64,000 bases of DNA from Lepidodermella squamata (GCA_047495785.1 JBLDXI010000035.1:1-64000); one strand, 5' to 3'. Shown: positions 35,290 through 46,635, counted from the first letter of the stretch. Made by a program: numbers and translations. Notes: generated by a model not told the origin, from the sequence alone.

Positions 35290-35884
35290 CCGTCAAACCA
35301 ACTTTGCCACTTTTCCATGGGGCGATGGGGCGATTTTCGCATCGCCAAATCTCAGAGGTATCAAGATAAAGACCCCTCGAGTGGGATACCTTTGGAAAGC
35401 CCAAGAAAAGACCAACTGAAATGCCTTGAACATACTTCAGCCCTTCACAATACCTGGTGATTAAGCGCAGGTGGAGTTGAGCGAAAAAAATACAGCTTTC
35501 GGCAGAATTTAGATGACTCGACCAGATGTGATCAAAATGAAATAACCTTATCATTTTGGAGCAGCCCCCGACACAAGCTATCTAGCGGTACCCCACTTGA
35601 GAGATATCCGCCTTTCCACCCGCGGTTTGAGTTAGGGCAAAGTCTGCCCATCTGCCCAACCGTGCCCAGGTGACTTTGCCACCCTTCCACGTCAGATAAA
35701 GTTAAATACGGCTCAAACAGTTCCACAACGTATATAATTAAATTCGCCATCATCAGGGCTTTTCGTTGACATCCTACTTTGACATGCATCATGCCTGAGA
35801 AAATGGCTTCGTGTGTGATCTAAACTCGATCGCAAAAACCTATGGCAATGTCATCCCAGTGGCTTAAGTCGCCCCGTTTGAAGT
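35290..35884. mobile_element. TA-TSD MITE (Tc1/mariner-pogo-like) with degenerate TIRs
   Basis: Empty site in the paralogous array copy (GACGCGTTCAAAG-TA-TGTCAAATGCGG at ~941-967) versus filled site here, with TA on both sides. Confidence 0.85.
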
Positions 35885-35923
35885 TATGTCAAATGCGGCA
35901 TCGATGCGCATCGACGTATCACA

Positions 35924-35996
35924 GCCCGGTTAGCTCAGTCGGTAGAGCATGGGACTCTTAATCCCAGGGTCGTGGGTTCGAGCCCCACATCGGGCG
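35924..35996 (+). tRNA. tRNA-Lys(CTT)
   Basis: Identical to 993-1065. Confidence 0.95.
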
Positions 35997-36090
35997 ATTC
36001 TTTTGCTCAAGTGTGAAATAATGTATCGACTATTTATAGTACTGATCATCGCGCGATTAAATGCCTTCACCAGCACGCTTTGCATGTAGC

Positions 36091-36163
36091 GGTTCGGTGG
36101 TGTAGTGGTTATCACATCTGCCTAACACGCAGAAGGTCGCCGGTTCAATCCCGGCCCGAATCA
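36091..36163 (+). tRNA. tRNA-Val(AAC)
   Basis: Identical to 1157-1229. Confidence 0.95.
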
Positions 36164-36261
36164 GCTGTAAGCTTTTTGGCTATACAAAAAGCTAGCTTTT
36201 AACTGTCAATAAATTCAAAAAAATTGAACCGCCTGCCACTGTCTCGAGTTCAATGTGACTC

Positions 36262-36333
36262 TGCCACGGCCTGGAGTCGAACCAGGGTCACCTCGGCCAC
36301 AACGAGGAATACTAACCACTATACTACCGTGGC
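36262..36333 (-). tRNA. tRNA-His(GTG)
   Basis: Identical to 1328-1399. Confidence 0.95.
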
Positions 36334-36435
36334 TGATTTCGCGGTTAAGCACACAATTTGACAGCGGCCTATCAACGTCTATCATCTGGTCTTGTTAAAA
36401 TTCAGGCAGCGCTGACAGATGGCTTACCTGGAGAA

Positions 36436-36494
36436 GACGCGGTGGCCGAGTGGTTAAGGCGATGGACTGCTAATCCATTGGGCTCTGCCCGCGA
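36436..36494 (+). pseudogene. 3'-truncated tRNA-Ser(GCT)
   Basis: Matches Ser(GCT) through the variable arm, then breaks into CTTTCAGGGTTCAAAC; the 3' acceptor strand is missing. Confidence 0.85.
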
Positions 36495-36631
36495 CTTTCA
36501 GGGTTCAAACACAGTTCAGGCTTTGTCGGCACCAATTATTCAGAGTTATAGATTTCAGACCTGATTTTCCTCCTAATTCCTGGTCGGTGATCGGAAATGC
36601 CTCACCGTTAGTAAATACATTGACATCCATG

Positions 36632-37075
36632 TATATGTCGTACCGTGAAAGGCGATTTCTCCCAATTGCCAATTGAGGTATCTCAATGAGCAATCCGAAT
36701 CGTTCCCGACTTCATTTTCAGTTATTTTAAGAAGTTTTAAGAATATGGAAACCAAACAACGTTGCAGAATCGCCCTTCGCCTATCCAGCAGATACCATTT
36801 TCCCTAATATGGAAGTATGGTATCTGCGTGTTTTATGAGTTTTTAAAAAGTTGGCGGATTTTCGCTGTAACTGTTATTGGGCCTCCTCGGCCCATCTAAA
36901 CTCTTTAGTAGTCTGTTAGCAGACCAATCGATAGGGCTATTCGGGCTCTCTGATATGTGCTAGGTTTTTATTCAATAACCTGAAGACTGGTGTAAACAAA
37001 AGAAGGAAAGCAATTTTCAGATTGCTCATTAAGATACCTCAATCGGCAATTGGGAGGATTGCGATACGACATATA
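36632..37075. mobile_element. MITE-like element with ~65-70-bp imperfect terminal inverted repeats
   Basis: TATATGTCGTA...CTCCCAATTGCCAATTGAGGTATCTCAATGAGCAATC versus GATTGCTCATTAAGATACCTCAATCGGCAATTGGGAG...TACGACATATA. Confidence 0.75.
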
Positions 37076-37154
37076 TACAATTAAACGATAAATTGAAGTT
37101 TTATTTCTTAACGACGATATTCATGAAATGAAAATCGGTTATAGGTAATTGTAA

Positions 37155-38093
37155 TCACTTGTAGGTGTTAGCGTATTTGGACATTAAATATTCGCCTGAT
37201 ACCACAGGTGGATACTTGGCAGGGTTGTCGCTTGATTGGCAAGTTGGCAAGCAATCAACAACCGTGTCGAAATTTGGCTCGAAGAAAAACGGAATCGAGT
37301 AGCGTTCCGACTCGGAAATGTTGACAACTCGATGTACGGTGCTCTTGTACATACAATTCGTCCAACGTTCCAACATGTCGCCGATATTGATGACAAAACC
37401 GTGGCCTATTTCATCGAATGGCTGAACAGTGGTCCATTCGCTCGTGTTCTGCTTCCAGACTTGCAGACCAGGCACGGTATCTGTAGCCAGCATGGTAAGC
37501 ATACCGTAGTCAGAGTGGGCTCCAGCGCCGAAAATGCCCTTTTCTGGTTCTGATTTGTCGGCGGAGTAATGGAGCAGCCGGGCAAGTTCAACAGGTTTTG
37601 TGAAGAACTTGTCGAAGAAGGATTCTTCTAGCCCTAGCGATAACGCGAACAGACGAATCAGACGATGGCCAAGTCGGCTAACCTCATCAAAGTATTCGAT
37701 CAGCGTCTGGCGAAATTCAGGAATCAGGCTCTCACCAGGCCAGATGTTAGGGTTGAAAAAATCAGCTTTCGGAGCACCTTCCGGTAGCTCTTTGCCGATT
37801 GAAAAAGTCTCTTTCAGATCGCCTTTTTTCTGCACTTTCGGATCCAGAGTTTCAGATTGAAAGGTGCCATAACCTCTGTCGTTGAGGCCTTCCTTTCGAA
37901 GAGTCAATTTTTGATCGTCGGAAAGTTGGAATAACGCTTTGGAGACTTTAAATGTCTTTTTGACCAAGTCTTTCGAAATGCCAGTGTTGATGACGAAGAA
38001 GAAGCCTTCAACGGTGCACGCAGTGTGGATAGCTTTGGCGATGGTATCGTTGTCAAGACTGAGGTCGATGACTGCAATGCCACGATCTTCCAT
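37155..38093 (-). CDS. 2-oxoglutarate/Fe(II) dioxygenase, IPNS-like (DIOX_N + 2OG-FeII_Oxy); no coding introns
   Basis: IAVIDLS...GFFFVINTGI; HxD in GAHSDYG; distal His in STVHRV; RYSIPFF (RxS). Confidence 0.92.
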   Translation of the reverse strand: MEDRGIAVIDLSLDNDTIAKAIHTACTVEGFFFVINTGISKDLVKKTFKVSKALFQLSDDQKLTLRKEGLNDRGYGTFQSETLDPKVQKKGDLKETFSIGKELPEGAPKADFFNPNIWPGESLIPEFRQTLIEYFDEVSRLGHRLIRLFALSLGLEESFFDKFFTKPVELARLLHYSADKSEPEKGIFGAGAHSDYGMLTMLATDTVPGLQVWKQNTSEWTTVQPFDEIGHGFVINIGDMLERWTNCMYKSTVHRVVNISESERYSIPFFFEPNFDTVVDCLPTCQSSDNPAKYPPVVSGEYLMSKYANTYK

Positions 38094-38703
38094 TTTTCTA
38101 TACAGAGAACAAAAGTAATTTTGGTATGGAATTTAAAGGCTGATACTGAAAATTAATGAAAGCATTAGGACCCAAAAACAGGCGCGAGATAAGAGTTGAT
38201 ATTGCAACTTGATTGATAACTCTGTGGTCACACATGTTCTAAGGATTTTTATTGTAAACAAATAGAATGAAAACACCGACAGAGATATCAGTAAACTTGT
38301 CAAATGCGAGGTATATAGGGTGTGTATCCGCGGCTAATTCGTTCCCTCTCTTATCTTCCTTCTTCCTCCTCTTCCTTAGAAAGAAAGAGAATAAAGCTGA
38401 GAAAAAACTAGCGCTAGGAACCATTATCGTCAGCGTCTTTCGCCGTCTTTAGAGTGCCGAAGTACGGGGTCGAAATGGCGAGTATTGGTACCAAGGTGCA
38501 TCAAAAGGGCACGACACATGACATCAAATTGAGCATAGACGTGGCTCATTGCGGCTGATCGACTCTTATCAGCTAAGTTACGTAATCGCAAGCTTTTTGT
38601 GGGGAGATCAGTGTGAATTTAGATGATCAGTTGAGCTGACGCTAATTTTTCTGGCTTAGAATTCAAAATGTAAACAACAATTAAAAAATGTGACTTGCGC
38701 AGT

Positions 38704-38774
38704 TGCATCGGCCGGGAATCGAACCCGGGCCTCCCGCGTGGCAGGCGAGAATTCTACCACTGAACCACCGATGC
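38704..38774 (-). tRNA. tRNA-Gly(GCC)
   Basis: Identical to 1831-1901. Confidence 0.95.
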
Positions 38775-38866
38775 GCTGCTTGATGCCTAGCTCATGGGTG
38801 TCGTGTCGAAGCGTTCACATCGTCATAATGGCGAACCCCAAATGCGGGCGAACGCCAAAAACTAAG

Positions 38867-38948
38867 CGTCGCCAGTAGGATTCGAACCTACGCGCGGAAA
38901 CCGCATCTGATTTCGAGTCAGACCCCTTAACCACTCGGGCATAGCGAC
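38867..38948 (-). tRNA. tRNA-Ser(CGA)
   Basis: Identical to 1994-2075. Confidence 0.95.
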
Positions 38949-39188
38949 TGTTCTAAGGTACAAGACAACGCCTTTGGATGCATATCGCAAAATATGATGA
39001 GCCACGTCTCCGCAGCAGTATTTTTGAATTGAGTCAAAAGCCTTGTCGGATTTTGATGCACATGAGTGGCTGGTATCATTTGATTATTCGTGAAGATCAC
39101 CAAAATAGGTTTTTCTAATGCGTTTAATGCTTTTTCTAATGCGTTAAATTGCCTGAAACATGCGGAAACTGCATTCAAAAAAATCTAT

Positions 39189-39261
39189 CGAGGCTGCCAG
39201 GAGTCGAACCTGGAATCTTCTGATCCGTAGTCAGACGCGTTATCCATTGCGCCACAACCCC
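39189..39261 (-). tRNA. tRNA-Arg(ACG)
   Basis: TCTGA-CT-ACG-GA-TCAGA; intact A and B boxes. Confidence 0.93.
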
Positions 39262-40056
39262 TCTATGACGCCATTGTATTGTCACTCCGATATCAGCGCA
39301 CATATCATCTGAATTGATGGTAAAAATTTGTTAAAAAATGAGACACACAACACGTCACGAAAAAATGTGGTGTGACGTGTGACTATTAAGTACGAAAAAG
39401 AACCTGCGATTAATTTAAAAATTTCCAAGATGTTTAGACGAAGATCTGCGAGGCCATACCCAAACTTAGGGCTAAAAACATCTTCCTCAGGCGCATGCGT
39501 GAACTCCAGGCGGGAGCGGGCCAAATAACCAATCTATGCAGCGAGGCGTCTCTGTCAAGCTGTGCCCTGATGAATAACGTCAAACGTTAGAGACCTCGTC
39601 GCCTCGTCGACATTACGAACAACACCAGCAGCTTCTATTACGACCACCGCAACGGCGATGTCTACCTGGACAACAAGCCACCCAAGTTCGTCTCTCGACA
39701 TCCTAATTAAGCTGAGTCGGCCTGGCGGCCTTTGACAGTGACGGGGAAACCCGTTTTTTCACGCGCACTCATATCCTCCTTGACGTTCGTATGGAACGAC
39801 GGAACTCGCCCCACGACAACGGGGAGTTACCCCGTCACAATTATGCTACGAGAAACGAAAAAAATATAAAAAGTTAGAAGCACAGCGGGTTTTCTTCCCT
39901 CGGCTTCAAAACAAGCAATTGCACCGGCACCGGCAGCAGTTGAACAATCAAACAAACTCGAGCAATTTTCTGATGCGTGAGTTGATAAACATCATCAGGG
40001 TAGAATATTATTTCATTTCACTATGTAATTGAGTTCCTTTTTAACTGTATAGTAAA

Positions 40057-40998
40057 ATGGACGCATTTCACATCATCGGCTTACTTTTCTCAGCTTATTA
40101 CTTGATCAAAGCATTCTTGCGAATTCGGCGATTCTTCATCGGCCATTACTCCGCTTCAACAGTCAATTTCTCTCAGATTGGCACAGCTGTTATTACAGGC
40201 GCTTCAGATGGTATAGGGAAAGCCTATGCCTTCGAATTGGCTCGCCTCGGCGCGAAACGGATTGTCCTAATCGGCCGAAATCTCGATAAATTGAACTCAG
40301 TCGCTGAAGACATGAAATCACAGTATCCTAAAGTTTCGTTGGCAACCCTGCTGGCTAATTTTGAACAAGCTGATATCTATGATCATATTGAGGATGAGCT
40401 AAAAGACTTCGACGATATCGATATGCTTGTCAATAACGTCGGCGCTGCAATTGATGTTCAAAAGAAGCTGCATGAAATGTCACGCGATACCTGCTTGCAA
40501 TCAATTAACATAAACGCGACATCAACCATTCTCATGAGTCATATTGTGATCAACAAAATGCTGGCATATCAAAGGCCGAACCCTATAGTCATCAACATTG
40601 GCTCAGCTTCGGCTCATTTCCCGCCCTACATGACCGTCTACGCGAGTTTGAAAACGTTTGTCGCTCGTTTTACGGAAGGCCTTCGTCTTCAATACCCAGA
40701 GATAACGATTCAGTTGGTGGAACCGTTTTTCGTGCATACGAAAGGAGCTAATTGGCCGAAAGGAACGTGGGTTGTCACGCCGGAGACGTGTGCTCGTGAG
40801 GCTCTGCAAACCCTTGGGCGGCTGGATCAAACGCATGGCGCGGTGAAGCATGATATACAAGGCGGAATGTATTCAAAATTCCCGAATTTTTTGATCGATC
40901 ATCTCGTGAGGAATGGATGGCAGGCTGAGCGGGTCGCATGGTTGACTAACACCGACGCAATGTCCAAAAGCAGGAAGCAGCAAAGGCTAATTGACTGA
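40057..40998 (+). CDS. Short-chain dehydrogenase/reductase, 3-ketoacyl-CoA reductase/HSD17B12-like; no coding introns
   Basis: N-terminal TM segment; AVITGASDGIGKAYAFELA; LVNNVG; YASLK (YxxxK). Confidence 0.9.
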   Translation: MDAFHIIGLLFSAYYLIKAFLRIRRFFIGHYSASTVNFSQIGTAVITGASDGIGKAYAFELARLGAKRIVLIGRNLDKLNSVAEDMKSQYPKVSLATLLANFEQADIYDHIEDELKDFDDIDMLVNNVGAAIDVQKKLHEMSRDTCLQSININATSTILMSHIVINKMLAYQRPNPIVINIGSASAHFPPYMTVYASLKTFVARFTEGLRLQYPEITIQLVEPFFVHTKGANWPKGTWVVTPETCAREALQTLGRLDQTHGAVKHDIQGGMYSKFPNFLIDHLVRNGWQAERVAWLTNTDAMSKSRKQQRLID

Positions 40999-41212
40999 AT
41001 ATAATACCTATAAGGTTGAGGGAATGAGTGCTTCAATGACATGGCATCTTGTTATTCCAAGTCTTATCTCTCGCCAAACTGTTAAAGACATTGATTCCAT
41101 GCATGGGGAGTTCGGAATTTCTTGTATTTCAGAGTAAAACAATGTCGTGCTATTATTTGCCGTTTCCAGCCTATTACAGATGTATTCAGTAACATTTTGT
41201 TTAGAATAAGGC

Positions 41213-41285
41213 GGAGTTGTGGCGCAATGGATAACGCGTCTGACTACGGATCAGAAGATTCCAGGTTAGACTCCTGGCAGCCTCG
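41213..41285 (+). pseudogene. tRNA-Arg(ACG) copy, probably non-functional
   Basis: B box mutated (GGTTAGA versus GGTTCGA) and acceptor mismatch (GGAGTTG versus GGGGTTG). Confidence 0.75.
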
Positions 41286-41551
41286 ATGTAATTTTATCAA
41301 TAGCGATTGAAACCAGTCACGCGAGTGTCATAAGTATATGTTTGGAGATTTTATTTACAGAAGCGACAAAAACATTTTCATTGCATTCATTTGATCAAGT
41401 TCCGAAGAATAATTTGTGACTCTATGTTTTCAGCTATCAATCAAACATATCACACGCACACATCAATCAATCAAAATAACAGAAAAATATCAGTCAAAAT
41501 AGGAGAAGATGTTCGCGCATTTTGTTTCGCTTAATGTTACTTCGCCAAAAT

Positions 41552-44500
41552 TTATCGTCTGTTCAAGTAGCAATTCTTGGGCGTGAGGAATGTATCCGTC
41601 GGGTACTATGATTAAAAAATAGAATGCCCAGACTAAATAAAACAAATTGACCAACCTCGTCGGAGTGGCAGCCGAAAGCCGGGTCTCTACGACGGCAGTC
41701 AACGAAATTGTTTGTTTTACGCGATTTGCAGCGAACGTATTTCTTCATTTAAAATTAAAACATTTATAAAGAAACTAAAAAATCCCTCTTCCTTACCCAT
41801 CCAGCTCCAGGCTTGTGTAAGCACTCGAGATAATTAGGACCGAAGAATTTGAACGAATTAAAGGTGGATGCCTTCAGAAATAATTTGAATTTGTATATTA
41901 TGATATTAGCTATTTGAAGCACTCACAATTTCGTCGGCAGCGCATTTCATATCTCCGGAAATACAGTAGAATTTGAATTTGTTATTCTGCTTGGTGCACT
42001 TGATTACTCTCTAAAATGAATTACAGTTTTCTGTCAGGTTTTGAAGTGCGTTTTCAGTAAAGAGAACTCACGCCCTGCTCGCATGTATCAGCGTACAACG
42101 TCTTGCCACTCGCGAGGATGTTCTCGTTCGGGGAACAATACTTCTTGCAGCCCTGATACTCGCCATTGCTCGTCTTCAAACATCGATAACGGATAGCAGC
42201 TGTTGAAATTGGGGAACGGTAAATTATCACCGGAAACATCATCCTTCTCTTGAGATGTTCCATTTAAAAATCACTCGATTTTCCCTGAGGCCCCTGCCCT
42301 ACCAAAGTTCCTGTTTCCTTACCAGCTTATTCCCTTCTAGCTCCTGTCACAAAGTTTCATAAAGGCTAAAAAGTAGAAAATCTTTGGAATTACCCTGGTT
42401 ACAACAAATAAAAACGTATGATTTGAAAGTTGCCGAAAGTAATTTATCAGCATATGATCGCGAAGAGACCAGAGATGGCACATAATAAAGGAGAATAGCC
42501 TTTGCTTAAGTTCCTATCCTATTTTCCCTTATTCGCTAATTATTCGCTAAATATTCGCTAAAAAAGAGTGTGGCTTACTGCAAAGGCGAACGTCAGGACA
42601 CTCTTCTTCTTTTGCGTAATTGTTAACGAAGCAAGAAATCTTTGAGCCAGAGCCAGGATTGCGGCAGGCATTAGAGGAGTTGGCGATGAGACCGAGCGGG
42701 AACGACAGATCCGGGTACTTGGTCTGGCCTGTCCACGCGTCGCAAACCTTACCAGAGGCGCTCTTCATAACCGCAGACCCCTCGTAGTCATAGCCACTTT
42801 GCGTTATCTTGCACTCCTTCGTCATTTGAGAGGCCAGCATCCCCGGGCGAGTGGCGTAGACAACCAGCTTAAAGCCATTCGATGACGTGTATAGATCGTC
42901 CGATCGAAAGTGAACCAGGGCTTGGTTTTTGTCCGTTGTGAAAGCTCGACCGCTGTTAACACCGGTGATGCAAAACCTGGAGTAAAGGTGAACCCAATAA
43001 GTGTTTAAGTTATACGAGAGGGGGAGGGGGGGGGGGTTACCTGAAACCAGGATAGCCATCCGCTCCAAGACTTCGCACAAGGACAAAATCTCCGCAAATT
43101 TCTGGATCTGTGAAAAGCAGGTAGAGCATTAAGAAACTGAGCCTAAAATGTGGGTTACTCACATAAGAAATCACGAGAGACACCAGGGCGACCTTCGAAG
43201 CCGAAAATCAGACCACTCCCCACGTCCTGAAAAAGGATTTTACATTGATTGTTCGAATTTTAGAAGAACCTTACTGTTTTAATCAGCCATGTGCAGCTCG
43301 ATCCGCTGGAGTAATTGCTCGGAAAATTTGGCGATGTAATAACATTCGATTCAGTTGGGCCCACGTAAACTTCACCACCACAAGCAAGGCCAGCTGGTAC
43401 CGGCGGAGCGATCGCAGAGCAATCGTTTCCTGAAAAACCCCAAGGACACTGGCAAACCGCGCAGTTTTTGTTCGGGTCAGGAAATCCTCCGTTTTCGCAC
43501 CGTGTGATATTGCACTGGGACATGTCTGGGAAAAAATATTAAAATGATATTCTACTAGACTTCTAGAGCATCTGTTTACTGAAGCAATCGTAGTATCTGT
43601 TCAGTTTCAAGATGTCCATTACTGAGAGTCCGGTCATTTGCCCAATAGACGTCAAGTAACGCAAGTCGGTTTTAGGTTCGAATTGTCGGAAGGATGGGTC
43701 GTATTGAAAATACCAGCTTAGTAGCGAGGCGTAATCGAAAGGCAGGTCGACAAAAGCTTCGTTGTAAATTGGAAACCTGAAGGGTAGGAAGACAGACACA
43801 TAGTTTTAATTTGGTGATACAAAGATGGCCTTGTAATCGTATTCTTATTCAGCTTTTAGTGGCTTTCATTTAGGCAATTTACAAAAATTCGCAGACAAAA
43901 AGTTAAAATATCAACGCCATAGATAACACAGATTTTTGTTCATAAACTAACCAGTCAGCATAGGTACCATTTTCGAACTTGAGGTACAAATCGCGATCGG
44001 GGCGCCTGCCCTCCATCGTCATGCCGAGAAACATTGCAATAAAAGAGGTGTAATCTGTGACCTGAGAGAAGCAGAATCGATCAAATTCAGAATAATTGCC
44101 GTAAACCGCTCAAAACATACTCGATAATCCGCGTCGTCTTTGCCAGCATTGAATCCATACAGGGCCTCGTCAAATGATCCGTTTATGCCACCAGAGTACT
44201 CATCTCTATAGAAACGGACAATCGAAGAAGGGGTTGTACTATTCTTCACTCTTACGTTAAACCAACGAGGGCGATGCCGACATCATCCTTGCCGATGGGC
44301 CTGCTTTCGGATATGTCGAATCGGATGCAAGTTCCCTCTTCGATCACAGCTACAGCTTTTCTGAACTTCTGCTTTGCCGCATCAGCTGCATGGAAAAGAA
44401 ACGTTTCGACTGGTATGAGATTTATTTAAATACTTCAGACTAACATGGAATCGCAGGATTGCCGTTCGCGTCGGTCCAAGTCGTGTCGCTGTTGAAATAG

Positions 44501-44670
44501 ACCGGTACAGGGTTGGGGTATTTTTTCAAAGTGGCACTCCTTAGATTTGGCTGCCCATCGTCACCGCTGCTCTGAGCGCTGGCCAGAAATCGCCAAGAAA
44601 ACTTAGCAGCATCCAAGCCGGTTAGAAGGTAGACTGAAATAAGCAATGAAATAGGTAGAAACGTTTTCAT
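41552..44670 (-). CDS. Secreted astacin-like protein with signal-astacin-EGF-CUB-kringle-Cys-rich tail; catalytic motif degenerate
   Basis: KFRKAVAVIEEGTCIRF; ..EGRRPDRDLYL; PFDYASLL; IGQMTGLSVMDILKLNRYYDC; EGF CENGGFPDP; CUB ITSPNFPSNY; kringle GYDYEG..SASGKVCDAW..NACRNPG. Confidence 0.85.
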
Positions 44671-46014
44671 CTTCTTTAAAAAAGCGTTTTTAAAGTTATG
44701 TGTGTTTAACCGGTGAGTTGGGGTTCTCTATAAAAAACCAGGCCAGCGTTACAAGAAGGCGCGTGATCAGCATGTTGTTTATGTCATTTCATAAAAGCGT
44801 CTTCTTAATTTGAAATCGTGGCACGCGATGCGCCTGTTTTTTGTTGTTGTTATCGATTGAAGGTTGTTATCGCAAGTCCGTTGTACGAAACAAGCGTACC
44901 GATCGAAGCGGTTTCAAAGGAGATGTGCTATCAAAAATCAGTTAACATTTTATTTTGTCGTGGGTTGTGGAGCAGAGGATTAAAGCGTCAGAAGTTTCAA
45001 GGTTTGACCCCCACCAGCCTCAAAATCATAAACAGAGAGCAACCGAGGCCGAGAAAATCTCACAATAGAGCGCGTAATATGGATAATAGAACAAAAATGG
45101 ATTTTCCGGCAATTTCACATTTTGGAAATACTTTTTTTTACCTAAGACGCTTTTCCTCTTTGGCCGGTAATTGCTTTTCACTTCTGTGTTATTTTCTCGG
45201 CTTCGCTAAAATGTGGCTGCGCTAGTTTAACGCAGTTTAAGCTCGCTACAATCGGTAAGAGCTAAAGCTTGGCTTCAAACTAAATTCTGCGAATCCGTGT
45301 AAAATGTGTCGAAAACGGACTGACAGCATACGTTGACTTCACCAGGGGTTTCCGAAGAGTGCCTGGAGTTCCTACATACGGGCGCCGTCGTTCACAAATT
45401 CGAAAAACTGAGAAATTTTCAACACAATGGTTGCCCCCTTAAAAATTACGATTTCGCAATAAAAAACACAACCCAGTAGGTAATCGATGACGCTCTGCAC
45501 ACTGGTTACCGATTTTTCTCTCAATTAGCTAACCGTAACCGGCAATTAGCGAAAAATGAAAATATTTGAATCGAAGTGTTTATCAACTCATTTCTAGTGT
45601 TAAAAAAATCGCTGATTCCGAAAATCACATTTTCAACTAAAAATTCGGCAATTTAATTTTTTTCATGTCATTTAGGCCCAATTTTCGACGAGTTAGACAT
45701 GTAATAAAAATCTGGAAAATTCACCAAAAGTTGCGGCTCAAAAAGTTACTATATTGACCTGTTTTCAGCGTTCTAGAATGATTTTTAAGGATGGTGACCA
45801 TTGTCTCAAATGACAAAAATTTTGTGAAAAACATTTGTGAACGACGGCGCACGTATGTAGTTCCGACTAAATTGTAACAGAAAAAACTGGCACTGATTAA
45901 GCTGATTAAGCTGATTATGAGTGTCACGAATCATCGAACAGCTTTCAAGGCCAATCCAATGTTAGGTTCAACAGAATGCAGACGAATGCACTCAAAAATG
46001 TGACTTGGCGCAGT

Positions 46015-46085
46015 TGCATCGGCCGGGAATCGAACCCGGGCCTCCCGCGTGGCAGGCGAGAATTCTACCACTGAACCACCGATGC
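46015..46085 (-). tRNA. tRNA-Gly(GCC)
   Basis: Identical to the other Gly copies. Confidence 0.95.
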
Positions 46086-46185
46086 GCTGCTTGATGCCAA
46101 CCCAACGTGTGTCTCTTTCAGCAAGTCTTTCTGTCGCCCGAGGCAAAGTATTATAATTATTATTATTTTTATGCCAAAAACTGAG

Positions 46186-46267
46186 CGTCGCCAGTAGGAT
46201 TCGAACCTACGCGCGGAAACCGCATCTGATTTCGAGTCAGACCCCTTAACCACTCGGGCATAGCGAC
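46186..46267 (-). tRNA. tRNA-Ser(CGA)
   Basis: Identical to the other Ser(CGA) copies. Confidence 0.95.
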
Positions 46268-46423
46268 TGTTCTAGAACAAGGCGACGCCTCATGGGGCAT
46301 ATCGCAAACTCTGATGAGTCACATTACCGCCGGAATATTTCAGAGGATGCTGAAAAATCAGCTGCCAACCTCGCATATAAGTACAGATTGGAACCGTCAC
46401 ATCTGGCTGCCCTAATTTGTCAA

Positions 46424-46496
46424 GCCGAGATAGCTCAGTTGGGAGAGCGTTAGACTGAAGATCTAAAGGTCCCTGGTTCGATCCCGGGTCTCGGCG
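46424..46496 (+). tRNA. tRNA-Phe(GAA)
   Basis: Identical to 2222-2294. Confidence 0.95.
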
Positions 46497-46549
46497 GCTC
46501 TTCAATTTTTACACCCGACGCTAAAAGTCCAGACTAAAAAGGTGACAAC

Positions 46550-46635
46550 TCCCGCGAGGCGGACTTGAACCACCGACCTAAGGATTGCTGCGTTACATCT
46601 ACAGTCCTCCGCTCTACCAGTTGAGCTATCGCGGG
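46550..46635 (-). tRNA. tRNA-Tyr(GTA) with 13-nt intron
   Basis: Intron ATGTAACGCAGCA; one D-loop substitution relative to 2351-2436. Confidence 0.92.

Noticed and set aside
39543-39600. Possible hammerhead ribozyme (CTGATGA...stem...GAGAC)
   Set aside because: The core has GAGA rather than GAAA, and stems I and III do not pair convincingly.
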